NCBI GenBank assembly: GCA_024762535.1 | Contig: JANTHG010000001.1 | Coordinates: 211-64,210, forward strand | Direction: 5' to 3' | Length of the DNA stretch: 64,000 nt | Origin: Calditrichaceae bacterium | GTDB taxonomy: Bacteria; Calditrichota; Calditrichia; Calditrichales; Calditrichaceae | Shown: positions 17,100 to 26,639 of the stretch, in pieces | Position numbering within the stretch: position 1 is the stretch's first letter | Layout of the letters: every line of letters begins with the position of its first letter | Program-made: the position numbers and the translations under genes | Notes under the pieces: model-generated | What the model was told of the DNA's origin: nothing | The model's database searches: none | The model's input: the letters and a program-made list of their open reading frames with translations, nothing else

Positions 17100-17891
17100 A
17101 TGGGCCGGCTAACCAAACGACAGCAAAAGCGAATTAATTACTTCCTGCGTGAAAAAATGGAACGCCGGGAAAAGCACGACATTATTCACCAGGGCAATGT
17201 GCCGAAGTTCATTGAACGGCATATGCCCTACATCCGCAAACTGGCCCGGAATTTAGACCAAATTCTAATCGTAAGTTCGGTAGTGTCTCCCGAAATCAAA
17301 ACCGGGCTTATCGATCGCTTCCTTATTCTCGGTGAAATCGAACATATCCCCTGTACCATTTGCATTAACAAAACCGACCTTTTGGATGACCCGGCTCCTG
17401 CACAGGAAATTGCCGAAATGTATCGCAAAATCGGTTATTCGGTTCTGCTTACTTCTGCCAAATCCGGAGAAGGACTTACAGAATTACATGACGCTCTTCA
17501 AAATAAGCGCACGGCTCTGGCCGGTCATTCCGGAGTGGGCAAAAGCAGTTTGCTTAATGCCATTGCACCGGACCTGGAAATTTCGGTGAATGAGGTCAGC
17601 CGGGTGAATAATAAAGGGAAGCACACCACAACCAAAGTCCGTTTGTACCAGTTGGATGACACAACCGATGTACTCGATTTGCCCGGTGTTAAAATTATTG
17701 ATTTCATTGATATTCATCGTGATGAAGCGCGCTTTTATTTCAGAGAATTTGAAAGTTTTGCCGAAGAATGCAAATTCCGTGACTGCCTGCATGTAAGTGA
17801 GACGCCCTGCGGTGTAAAATCGGCGGTAGAGCGTGGCGCTATTCATCCCCTGCGCTATCAGTCGTATTTAAATTTTATTGAGACTCTCTAG
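17100..17891 (+). CDS. rsgA: ribosome small-subunit-dependent GTPase A, short form lacking the N-terminal OB fold
   Basis: Circularly permuted GTPase motifs in the order INKTDL (G4), then GHSGVGKSSLLN (G1), then DLPG (G3). The C-terminal zinc knuckle is CKFRDCLHVSETPCGV. Only about 50 aa precede NLDQILIV. Confidence 0.85.
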   Translation: MGRLTKRQQKRINYFLREKMERREKHDIIHQGNVPKFIERHMPYIRKLARNLDQILIVSSVVSPEIKTGLIDRFLILGEIEHIPCTICINKTDLLDDPAPAQEIAEMYRKIGYSVLLTSAKSGEGLTELHDALQNKRTALAGHSGVGKSSLLNAIAPDLEISVNEVSRVNNKGKHTTTKVRLYQLDDTTDVLDLPGVKIIDFIDIHRDEARFYFREFESFAEECKFRDCLHVSETPCGVKSAVERGAIHPLRYQSYLNFIETL

Positions 17892-17993
17892 CCAGACCCG
17901 GTACCATCAAATCTGTTTAAACATATCCTGCCGCAGGTTCATATTTTAAAAAAAAGGATTGCTTAATCATTACATACACAAACGTGGTTTAGA

Positions 17994-18803
17994 CTAATTT
18001 GTATACGTTTTTGGAGTGGTAAGATAATAAACTGCAGTGGTAAAAAAGTTGCGCAGGTAGGGCAGTTTCTGTATCCAGCGGAATTGCTCTTTGGTTTGGA
18101 TTTTGAATTTATATTCATAAATAGGGTTGAAGAGGAAGTGCTTTTGAGAAATTGTTTTAAACCTGTTTAAGCGCAGCATTTTTTCAAAGGTCTCGATGGA
18201 AAGTCCCAGTCGTTTAATTTCTAACAAGGCATCAATCTTAGCGGTGTTTTCGCCAAATCCTTTAAGCACTGTTATGTACAGTGATTTTGGCAATAGGTGG
18301 TAATAGGGCAGATGGGAAGCCCATTTATTCCGGCATACCTGCTGATGGCCGCCAAAAGGCATGTACCAGGGTGGAAAGGCAAAAAAAATCATGCCGTCTT
18401 CCCGTAAAAAGGTGTGCAGATAGGATAGCAGTTTAGGCTGATCGTCAATGTGTTCAATAACATCCTTGAGTACGATAAGATCAAATTGATTTTTAAATCG
18501 TTCTTTAAAGGTCTCGGCATAGATATTTTCATTGATCAGCGTAACCCGGGCCGATTCCAGCTCTTCCCGTAAAAGGGTTTTTGCCTTTTCCAGACGTGAG
18601 GCGTTTAAGTCCACTCCCGTAGCCAGGCAGTTCCGTTCCACAAAAGCCTTGAGTACGCCACCCTCCGCGCAGCCGATTTCCAGCACCTGCATGCCGGGTT
18701 TGAGCGATCGTTTTTCTTCAATAAAGGGAATAATAAAATTTTGTGTGGTTAAACGCTGGTGCTCAAAATAGATGTCACGATTTTCATGAAAAAAATAGGC
18801 CAT
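17994..18803 (-). CDS. class I SAM-dependent methyltransferase
   Basis: Motif I is VLEIGCAEGGVL, and post-I/II is DLIVLKDVIEHIDD. Confidence 0.8.
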   Translation of the reverse strand: MAYFFHENRDIYFEHQRLTTQNFIIPFIEEKRSLKPGMQVLEIGCAEGGVLKAFVERNCLATGVDLNASRLEKAKTLLREELESARVTLINENIYAETFKERFKNQFDLIVLKDVIEHIDDQPKLLSYLHTFLREDGMIFFAFPPWYMPFGGHQQVCRNKWASHLPYYHLLPKSLYITVLKGFGENTAKIDALLEIKRLGLSIETFEKMLRLNRFKTISQKHFLFNPIYEYKFKIQTKEQFRWIQKLPYLRNFFTTAVYYLTTPKTYTN

Positions 18804-18804
18804 G

Positions 18805-20118
18805 TTACATTCCCTGTGTTTCGGTCAGTTGCTTAAACAGGAAAGCGAGTTGTTCGGTTTGCGCCTTCCGCGAATAAGCGGATATGTCTCCCTTGGTACG
18901 CAGCGCTGTGTGTGATTCTACCCAGTGGTCGTACAATTTTTCCAAAAACGATTCCGGCTGGTCTTTAAAGTCGAACATAGTACCAGATTCGGTTTGGTGA
19001 AGGATGCCAGCCAGGTCACCATCTGTTGGGCCGATGGCCAGGATAAAACGCCGGATGCCAAGATATTCAAACACTTTACCGGTAAGAATGCCCTTGTTAT
19101 CCTTAGCCTGCGGCACAACAAGGAGCAACAGATGGGATTTGCTTAAATGTTGCAACATCTTATCGTGTTCCAAATAGCCGGTGTAATTCAGATTGTTTTT
19201 TAGCCCGTGTTTTTTAATGGAATATTCCACTTCCGGTGCAAAATGCCCCATGTACAAAAGCTGAAAATTCTCACTGAAACCTGCTTTGGTTTGCAGGAGG
19301 TGTTCCAGCGCCTGCCAGAGATTTTCCGGGTTTTGCTGTGAATTCAGTTTACCTGCATAAGCGAGCGTAAATTTTTCAAACGGTTCCGAATTGGTGAAAG
19401 GCGCTAAATCGTCTTCGTCAAAACCGTTGGGTACAATCCGGATACGTTTGCTGCTGCCGATTTTGGAACCGAATAGTTGTTTAAGCTGATTACTCACTGT
19501 TAAAATACGATTGCTTTTTTGCAGTACTTCGAGTTCTAATTTTTTATCGAGCCGGGTAGCCCAGTCGCTTTTTTGTACTTTGTCATAATAGTACATATCC
19601 GTCCAGGGATCGCGGAAATCCGTAACCCAGGGCAGGCCGCTTTCGCGTTGCAGCTTTTTAGCAATCAGATGCACAGTGGGCGGCGGCGAAGAAGAAAAAA
19701 TAACGGCCGGTCGGTGGGCGTGTACAATTTTACGTCCGGTTTTAACGGCAGGCGGCAACCAGGTGATTTTGGCATCCGGGATGAACAGATTCAACCGGAT
19801 TTTAGCGGCCAGTTTCTTTTTCCAGTTCGGGTTTTCTTCCGTAACTACCGCATTGGGAATGGGCTGATCCTCGTCCATGCCTACAAATCTTTTGTATAGC
19901 AGCGTGGGTTCAAAAGAAGGGGTTTGGTGCACAATACATTCTTTGGGAATATCTTTGGATAAAGATGGATCCAAAGCCGGATAAGCTCCATTGCGCACCG
20001 TTAGCACCAGCGGCTGCCAGCCGTACTGCGGCAGATATTTGACAAATTTTAAAACGCGCTGCACCCCGGGGCCGCCCGCCGGCGGCCAGTAGTAGGTGAT
20101 AATCAGGACTTTTTTCAT
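18805..20118 (-). CDS. GT-B fold glycosyltransferase (GT4-like)
   Basis: The N-terminus KKVLIITYYWPPAGGPGVQRV is typical of GT4-like enzymes. The C-terminal half has the EYLG/E-x7-E-like region. It is separated by 1 nt from the methyltransferase gene. Confidence 0.7.
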   Translation of the reverse strand: MKKVLIITYYWPPAGGPGVQRVLKFVKYLPQYGWQPLVLTVRNGAYPALDPSLSKDIPKECIVHQTPSFEPTLLYKRFVGMDEDQPIPNAVVTEENPNWKKKLAAKIRLNLFIPDAKITWLPPAVKTGRKIVHAHRPAVIFSSSPPPTVHLIAKKLQRESGLPWVTDFRDPWTDMYYYDKVQKSDWATRLDKKLELEVLQKSNRILTVSNQLKQLFGSKIGSSKRIRIVPNGFDEDDLAPFTNSEPFEKFTLAYAGKLNSQQNPENLWQALEHLLQTKAGFSENFQLLYMGHFAPEVEYSIKKHGLKNNLNYTGYLEHDKMLQHLSKSHLLLLVVPQAKDNKGILTGKVFEYLGIRRFILAIGPTDGDLAGILHQTESGTMFDFKDQPESFLEKLYDHWVESHTALRTKGDISAYSRKAQTEQLAFLFKQLTETQGM

Positions 20119-20127
20119 TACAAATTT

Positions 20128-21363
20128 TTACCAGCGGGATTCGATATCAAACTTCCCTTTGACCTTATGTTCTTCGGGAACTACCCAGATATTGTTTTCA
20201 ATTTCTAACTTCACGTCATCCAGATACACGGCGCGCCCGCTGCCTCCTGGACGGAAATCGGTTACAATATCCACATGCTGGGCCGAACGGTTAAGCAGCC
20301 CCTTTTTAAAATAGGCTTCCGCCTCTTTTTCGCCTTCTTCCGAGGCCGGATCTTTGGTGTAACATTCCGGATAACTGGCGCCAATAGCGATGTGCAGGGT
20401 GCCGCCTACTTTTTCTACGAATAAAGGATGTTTGAGAACTTCTTCGATGCCGTTATTCATGCCCAAAGCCACTTCGCCCAAATGGTGCGAACCTTCATCC
20501 GTTTCGATGATTTTCTGCAGCATATCATGAGCCATATCCGCCTTGTATTCTACAATCCGGCCTTTTTCGAATCGCAGGTAGATGCCCTGGATGGTAACGC
20601 CCACAAACGAAACAGGCAGGTCAACGAAAATTTCACCTTCTACAGTAGGAACATTGGGGCTGGTAAAAACTTCGCCATCCGGGAAGTTACGTTTGCCCGT
20701 GCATTTAATCACGTTGCGCTGGTCAATATCCATGGTTAGCTCAAGAGTTTTACCGGTATGCGGATGTTCCGTAACAATGCGGATCGTTTTGCTTTTGCTC
20801 ATCAGGCGGTAAATATCATCTTCCACCTTGTCCAACAAACGCGGGTCCACCATGGAAGCGTTTACAACCACATCGGTGTAGCGTTCCAGTGTCATGCCTT
20901 CCATATCGGCAAAGCCCTGTGTGGGGAAGAGGGTCAGAACCCAAGGTTTTAAAATACGCAGGGTCTTAACCGGTTCGTCCACACGCATAATGGCCTGGGA
21001 TGTTTCTTCCGGAGTATTGGCGTACAGTTCAGGATTTTCTGCGCCCAGTACTTCGATGTATTTGGTCATGGCTTTGTAGCGATCTACGTGCCACTGGGGC
21101 ACACGTTCTATTTGTTCAATCGAGCCGTGGCGGGCCATGGAAGCGCCCCACACTTTTCCGCGGTCGTTATCCGGTGCTACCAGATTCATATCTGCGATGC
21201 CGCCAGCTGCGAAAATTTTATCCTGTAAAGCGGAAAGCAGGGGCCAGGTAATAGGCTCACCCTTCAGCATAATTACGTCGTCTTTTTGTACGCCGCCAAG
21301 GGAATAGTTTAGCAGATAATCGGCCCATTTATCGAGTTTTTCTTTGGGAATCTGAACGCTCAT
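20128..21363 (-). CDS. M29 family (AmpS/PepS-type) aminopeptidase
   Basis: PDGEVFTSP, TDEGSHHLGEVALG and HVDIV match thermophilic aminopeptidase T/S motifs. I prefer the ATG at 21363 (MSVQIPKEKL), which has AGGAG upstream. Confidence 0.85.
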   Translation of the reverse strand: MSVQIPKEKLDKWADYLLNYSLGGVQKDDVIMLKGEPITWPLLSALQDKIFAAGGIADMNLVAPDNDRGKVWGASMARHGSIEQIERVPQWHVDRYKAMTKYIEVLGAENPELYANTPEETSQAIMRVDEPVKTLRILKPWVLTLFPTQGFADMEGMTLERYTDVVVNASMVDPRLLDKVEDDIYRLMSKSKTIRIVTEHPHTGKTLELTMDIDQRNVIKCTGKRNFPDGEVFTSPNVPTVEGEIFVDLPVSFVGVTIQGIYLRFEKGRIVEYKADMAHDMLQKIIETDEGSHHLGEVALGMNNGIEEVLKHPLFVEKVGGTLHIAIGASYPECYTKDPASEEGEKEAEAYFKKGLLNRSAQHVDIVTDFRPGGSGRAVYLDDVKLEIENNIWVVPEEHKVKGKFDIESRW

Positions 21364-21770
21364 GGTGCACTCCTTTTTCAATTCGTAACAATTTGATTTT
21401 TTGGATAATGTACGGATTGAACCAAACACCATGCAAACGGTTTATTTGCCTGCAGCTTTTGTTAAAATGCCCAAGAGGGTTTAGGAATAAAAGAATAACC
21501 CAATGTTTTCCGGAGTGTTGTAGAATGGTTAAACATAAGAATGGAGTCCTATAAATTTGAGGGATTTCGACATTTTTCGGAGTAAAAAATCCCAGGCCTA
21601 TTCAACAAAACACTTGTTAGTCTGTCATTTATGGATATGAAAAGAGTTTTTTTAGTTATAAAATAGTTGTATTTTCCTTCCCTTGCCGTTAAATTACCTA
21701 ACTTTTTATTAATTAACACCGCGCCGCTTTCGGCAGCGGACAAACCGTTCAACGGAGGATTTATTTTATT

Positions 21771-23753
21771 ATGTCAGAAGAAACAAAAGATGTTGCTGTT
21801 GAAGAAACAGTAGCAAGTTCAACCCCAAACCCGCCTGCTGAAGAAGAAGTAAAGCAGGAGGCAACAACTGAAGCACCGGCTGAAGAAAAACCGGCCGAAC
21901 CCGCAATTGCTGATGAGTATGAAGAAGTAGTTGTGAAATTAGAAGACCTGGAAGAAGAACAGGAATACCCGGAACAGGAAATGGCTTTACTGACCGACCT
22001 GTATGACCGCACTATGAACAGTATTACCGAAGGTGAAATTGTTCAGGGCCGGATTTTAAATATCACCGATTCCTTTGTAATTATTGACATTGGTTTCAAA
22101 TCCGAAGGTATTGTTTCTAAAGAAGAATTTGATAATATCGAAGAACTCAAACCGGGTGATGAAGTCGAAGTATATCTCGAAACGCTGGAAAGCGCAGACG
22201 GGCAGCTTAATCTTTCCCGTCGCCGTGCCGAATTTATCCGTGTTTGGGAAAAACTGGTTGAAAAATATGAAAATGATGAAATCATTCCCGGAACCATTCA
22301 GCGTCGCATTAAGGGCGGTATGGTCGTGAATGTAATGGGTGTGGACGCCTTTTTACCGGGTTCACAAATCGATGTGAAACCGATCCGCGATTTTGATTCC
22401 TATCTCGGTCGCGAAATGAATTTCAAAATTGTTAAAGTTAACCATGCCCGCAAAAACATCGTGGTTTCCTCACGTGTTCTCATCGAAAAAGAGATGGAAA
22501 GTCAGCGTGCGGGAATTCTGGAAACTCTGGAAAAGGGTCAGAAACGTGTCGGTACGGTCAAGAATATTACCGATTTCGGCGTATTTATCGACCTCGGCGG
22601 TGTGGACGGCTTATTGCATATCACCGATTTAAGCTGGGGCCGCGTGAATCATCCTTCCGAAATCGTGAAATTGGATCAGGAACTCGAAGTTCTGATTCTC
22701 GATTTCAACGAAAAGAAAGATCGTATTTCTCTTGGTCTCAAACAATTGCAGCCTCATCCCTGGGATAATGTGGCTGAAAAATATCCGGTGGATTCCACCA
22801 TCAAAGGCCGCGTAGTCAGCCTCACCGATTATGGCGCATTTATTGAACTGGAAAAAGGTATCGAAGGTCTGATTCATATTTCGGAAATGTCCTGGTCGCA
22901 GCATATCAAACATCCCAGCCAGTTATTAACCGTGGGTCAGGAAATCGAAGCAGTTGTACTGAATATTCAGGCTGATCAGAAGAAAATTTCTCTCGGCTTA
23001 AAACAATTGGAACCGGATCCCTGGGCTGTTATTGAAGAACGCTATCCTGTAGGCTCTGTACACAAAGGCCTGGTGCGGAATTTAACCCAGTTTGGCGCAT
23101 TTGTGGAATTAGAAGAAGGCATCGACGGATTGGTGCATATTTCCGATTTATCCTGGACGAAGAAAGTACGCCATCCGAGTGAAATCGTTAAAAAGGGTGA
23201 CGAAATTGAAGTAGTTGTGCTGGGCATTAACCGCGAAGAACGCCGCATTGCCTTAGGCCACAAACAGGTTGAAGATAATCCCTGGGAAACCTTTGAGCAG
23301 AATTACGGCATCGGAACCGAAACTACCGGTAAGGTAACCCGCATCATTGAAAAAGGGATGATAGTGACCTTGCCTCTCGGTGTTGATGCGTTTATTCCCA
23401 ATCAGCACATCGGTCTGCCGCGCGGTAAAAAGGCAACGGATGTGTACGAAGAAGGCGCAGAAATTTTAGCCAAGGTACTGGAGTTTGATAAAGACAATAA
23501 AAAAATCGTTTTGTCCATTGCCGGTTATTTTAAAGATAAAGAGCGCGAAGATTACGAAGCCTTCTTAGAAAAACAGGGTGTGGAAAAAACCACGATTGAA
23601 GATATCGTTGCGGCCAGCGGCGGCAAAAAGAAAGCAGCCAAAGCCGAAGCTAAGGAAGAAGCACCTGCTGAAACGGAAAAAGCTCCTGCGGACGAAGTGA
23701 CAGAAGCAGAAGAGACTCCTGTGGAAGAAGCTAAAAAAGAAGAAGAAAAGTAA
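21771..23753 (+). CDS. rpsA: 30S ribosomal protein S1 (six S1 domains) with acidic N- and C-terminal extensions
   Basis: The G.V..I...G.FV.L..G..GL.H.S repeat pattern occurs six times. GGAGG lies upstream of the ATG. Confidence 0.92.
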   Translation: MSEETKDVAVEETVASSTPNPPAEEEVKQEATTEAPAEEKPAEPAIADEYEEVVVKLEDLEEEQEYPEQEMALLTDLYDRTMNSITEGEIVQGRILNITDSFVIIDIGFKSEGIVSKEEFDNIEELKPGDEVEVYLETLESADGQLNLSRRRAEFIRVWEKLVEKYENDEIIPGTIQRRIKGGMVVNVMGVDAFLPGSQIDVKPIRDFDSYLGREMNFKIVKVNHARKNIVVSSRVLIEKEMESQRAGILETLEKGQKRVGTVKNITDFGVFIDLGGVDGLLHITDLSWGRVNHPSEIVKLDQELEVLILDFNEKKDRISLGLKQLQPHPWDNVAEKYPVDSTIKGRVVSLTDYGAFIELEKGIEGLIHISEMSWSQHIKHPSQLLTVGQEIEAVVLNIQADQKKISLGLKQLEPDPWAVIEERYPVGSVHKGLVRNLTQFGAFVELEEGIDGLVHISDLSWTKKVRHPSEIVKKGDEIEVVVLGINREERRIALGHKQVEDNPWETFEQNYGIGTETTGKVTRIIEKGMIVTLPLGVDAFIPNQHIGLPRGKKATDVYEEGAEILAKVLEFDKDNKKIVLSIAGYFKDKEREDYEAFLEKQGVEKTTIEDIVAASGGKKKAAKAEAKEEAPAETEKAPADEVTEAEETPVEEAKKEEEK

Positions 23754-23786
23754 ACGTTGCTTTTTTAACGTTTATCTGGTATAGAC

Positions 23787-23817
23787 AAAGCCCGCTATTT
23801 AGCGGGCTTTTTTTTTA
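23787..23817 (+). terminator. rho-independent terminator after rpsA
   Basis: AAAGCCCGCT-ATTT-AGCGGGCTTT followed by a T-run. Confidence 0.85.
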
Positions 23818-23872
23818 TCAATAATTTCGCGGTCAGGCCGAGAACAAAATATTATATTAAATGGTAAATGAA

Positions 23873-24889
23873 ATGGCCTTTACGTTTTTTAAAACGATTT
23901 ATAAAAATATGGGTATTGATTTGGGAACCGCGAATACCGTTGTCTGGTTAAGTTCCGGCGGGTATGTAATCAATGAACCATCAGTCATTGCTTTTAATTC
24001 CAAAAAAGAAGTGTATGCACTCGGTGCTGAGGCTAAAGAGATGTTGGGAAAAACACCTCCCGGTTTAAACGTTATACGTCCTTTGCATGACGGTGTAATT
24101 GCCGATTTCATAGCCGGTGAGGCTATGATTAAAGGATTTATTCGTTTGGCCGGTGTGCCGCGATTTCTGATTAATCACGTGGTATTAGGTGTTCCAACAG
24201 GTACCACTTCCGTGGAGCGCCGGGCCATTACAGACAGCGCGCTTGCTGCCGGCGCCAGACGTTCGTATTTGGTTGCCGAGCCTATGGCGGCAGCCATAGG
24301 GTTGGGGCTGGATGTGTTAGCGGGATCCGTTAGCATGATAATAGATGTGGGGGGCGGTACCACCGATATCGCTGTGATTAGTTATGGTAAAATTGTGCTT
24401 GATAATACGCTCCGTATTGCCGGAGATGAAATGAATGAAGCTTTGATTCGTTATGTAAAAAACCGATTCAAGATGAATATTGGTGTACAAAGCGCAGAAA
24501 AAATAAAAATGCAGTATGGTGTGGCCTGTCCCGAACGTACAGGAAAAGAATTTGAAATTCAGGGTATGGATATTCAGACCAACCTGCCGCGTCGTATTAG
24601 AGTAAGCGATGCCATCTTTCCCGAAGCCTTTGCTTCTATTCTGCAAACCATCGTGTCTGCCGTGAGAGAAACGCTGGATCAGTTACCACCGGAAATGGCC
24701 GGTGACCTTATTGACCATGGAGTGATTTTAACCGGCGGTGGCGCCCTTCTTAAGGGGCTGGATCGATATATTCGCAAGCAGATACAACTACCGGTAAGTG
24801 TGCCGGATAATGCGCTGTATTGTGTAGCCGAGGGAACCCGGCGCATTGTACAAAAGCCTGCATTCTATGCGCCTGTTTTATTTAGCTGA
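23873..24889 (+). CDS. mreB: rod-shape-determining actin homologue MreB
   Basis: GIDLGTANTVV, DVGGGTTDIAV and LTGGGALL motifs. The ATG at 23873 (MAFTFFK) is slightly preferred over 23861. No mreC or mreD lies downstream. Confidence 0.9.
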   Translation: MAFTFFKTIYKNMGIDLGTANTVVWLSSGGYVINEPSVIAFNSKKEVYALGAEAKEMLGKTPPGLNVIRPLHDGVIADFIAGEAMIKGFIRLAGVPRFLINHVVLGVPTGTTSVERRAITDSALAAGARRSYLVAEPMAAAIGLGLDVLAGSVSMIIDVGGGTTDIAVISYGKIVLDNTLRIAGDEMNEALIRYVKNRFKMNIGVQSAEKIKMQYGVACPERTGKEFEIQGMDIQTNLPRRIRVSDAIFPEAFASILQTIVSAVRETLDQLPPEMAGDLIDHGVILTGGGALLKGLDRYIRKQIQLPVSVPDNALYCVAEGTRRIVQKPAFYAPVLFS

Positions 24890-25464
24890 AATTCTTCTGC
24901 GTTGAGCAGAAAATACTGCAAAGCAAGAATGGTTTTGGCGTCATTAAAGCGCTGTTCTTTTAAAGCCCTGGCTGCTTCGTTTTTTGTTAAATATAAAAGC
25001 TGAATATCTTCGTGCTCTTCTTCCAATCCGCCTCCGGCATGAATTTGATCTTTGGAAGTGGATATGCCCAGAAAAATATGAATCTGTTCGGTGGTTATTC
25101 CGGGAGTAGAGAAAACAGTGGCAATTTTTTCCAGACGATTCAGTTTAAAACCGCTTTCTTCGATGCATTCCCGTTTGGCGCAGGTTTCAGGTGATTCACC
25201 GGCATCTATAACACCGGCTACGGTTTCTGTAATCCAACCGTCGCCGCCCGCTTTGTACACCGCATACCGGAATTGACGAATCAGTACCAATTGTTCCGTG
25301 TCTTCCAGATAAATCAGAACCGCCACAGCCTGCCCGCGTAAGAGGTTGTAGCGATGCACAATTTCGCTGAATTCACCGTTAAAACGTTCATATTGCAGTG
25401 TGGCTTTATCCACGTCAAAGAAGCCTGATAGCAGGCGCTCGGTTTTGTGTATTTTTACAATCAT
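24865..25464 (-). CDS. NUDIX hydrolase (ADP-ribose pyrophosphatase-like)
   Basis: Nudix box GVIDAGESPETCAKRECIEESGF. I prefer the ATG at 25464 (MIVKIHK). The ORF-track start at 25575 adds a Cys/Phe-rich leader. Confidence 0.8.
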   Translation of the reverse strand: MIVKIHKTERLLSGFFDVDKATLQYERFNGEFSEIVHRYNLLRGQAVAVLIYLEDTEQLVLIRQFRYAVYKAGGDGWITETVAGVIDAGESPETCAKRECIEESGFKLNRLEKIATVFSTPGITTEQIHIFLGISTSKDQIHAGGGLEEEHEDIQLLYLTKNEAARALKEQRFNDAKTILALQYFLLNAEEFQLNKTGA

Positions 25465-25631
25465 AAATGCTCCGTTTCGGACTAAGTTAGCGAAAAAACA
25501 GTTGCAGGCAAAACAAATTAGGCTTAGCCTGTTGTAAGTAGAAACCAACAAATTTTTCATTTTAAAAGGATACATATTTTTACCATGTGGATAAATTGGC
25601 TATATTGTTTTTTTAAGCAAAAGAGGTTTGT

Positions 25632-26387
25632 ATGAATTCAAAATTATTCTGGACAGAAGAATTTAAAATCCGTGCGTACGAAGCGGGCATAAATGGCAGG
25701 GTAAGCATTCAGTCGATAGTCAATTATTTACTGGAATCCGCTTCTAATCATGCCGCGCACATGGATGTTTCGGTGCGTCAATTATTCGAAATGAATTTAA
25801 CCTGGGTTCAATCGCGTTTTCATGTGCGTATGTACGAGTATCCCCGTTGGCCGGAAACAGTGCGGGTGGAAACATGGCCGGCTGTAAAGGATTCGTTTTA
25901 CGCCATTCGAGATTATCGGCTGCTGGATAGCCGAGGAAAAGAAATTGGTGTAGCCAGTAGTTCGTGGATGATGATAGATTTTAAATTGCGTAAGCCGGTT
26001 GCATTGCCCGCTATTGTGGACAATCTGGAAAATAAAGAAGCGGGTCGTTCTCTTGATGAGCCATTTGGTCGTTTGCCTGTTGTCGAAGCGCCGGAAAATG
26101 AACGAACCTTTTTTGTCCGTCAAAGCGATCTGGATGTGAATCGTCATGTATATAGTGTGCATTATGTAAGCTGGGGGTTGGAGACCATTCCACCGGAAGT
26201 ATGGAAAACACATGGTCTGAGCGACCTGGAAATCAATTTCCGGGCAGAAAGTGTGTTTGGAGATCGTATTATTTCTCAGAACCAAATAGAGGAAGAAGAT
26301 GAGAACTTAGTAGTTATTCATCAATTACGGCGTGAACAGGATGGTAAAGAACTGACTCGAATTCGTACCACATGGAAGGCAAAATAA
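25632..26387 (+). CDS. acyl-ACP thioesterase
   Basis: 251 aa. FKIRAYEAGINGRVSIQSIVNYLLESASNHA and DLDVNRHV are typical of the FatA/B-like double hot-dog family. Confidence 0.8.
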   Translation: MNSKLFWTEEFKIRAYEAGINGRVSIQSIVNYLLESASNHAAHMDVSVRQLFEMNLTWVQSRFHVRMYEYPRWPETVRVETWPAVKDSFYAIRDYRLLDSRGKEIGVASSSWMMIDFKLRKPVALPAIVDNLENKEAGRSLDEPFGRLPVVEAPENERTFFVRQSDLDVNRHVYSVHYVSWGLETIPPEVWKTHGLSDLEINFRAESVFGDRIISQNQIEEEDENLVVIHQLRREQDGKELTRIRTTWKAK

Positions 26388-26430
26388 GGTTTGCACACCT
26401 AAAAAAAAAAAACTAAATTACGTCCCCTTT

Positions 26431-26513
26431 GCGAGGATGGCGGAATTGGTAGACGCGCCAGATTTAGGATCTGGTGTCCTTAGGACGTGGGAGTTCAAGT
26501 CTCCCTCCTCGTA
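26431..26513 (+). tRNA. tRNA-Leu (anticodon TAG)
   Basis: Acceptor stem gcgagga/tcctcgt, D-loop GGAATTGGTAGAC and anticodon stem-loop CCAGA-TTTAGGA-TCTGG. A long variable arm (GTCCTTAGGAC) and T-arm GGGAGTTCAAGTCTCCC are present. CCA is not encoded. Confidence 0.9.
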
Positions 26514-26519
26514 CATACG

Positions 26520-26543
26520 CCCCGGTTTAGCCGGGGTTTTTTT
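26520..26543 (+). terminator. rho-independent terminator after tRNA-Leu
   Basis: CCCCGG-TTTAG-CCGGGG followed by TTTTTTT. Confidence 0.75.
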
Positions 26544-26639
26544 ATATTTTTTTATTAAGAATTCTCTGCAACTCGCCGACAACTATATCATAAATTTCAT
26601 ATTTATTTGAATAATTCCGTTTTATGTAAGGAGTTTATT

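Noticed and set aside
21433-21770. Structured leader or riboswitch upstream of rpsA
   Set aside because: The only element is a 5-bp hairpin (CCGCT-TTCGGC-AGCGG) near the RBS. I could find no recognisable riboswitch core or pseudoknot by eye. The gap also has to hold the divergent aminopeptidase promoter.
24865-24889. 25-nt convergent overlap of the mreB and NUDIX hydrolase 3' ends
   Set aside because: Short convergent overlaps are common and need no special explanation. No structure or signal is evident.
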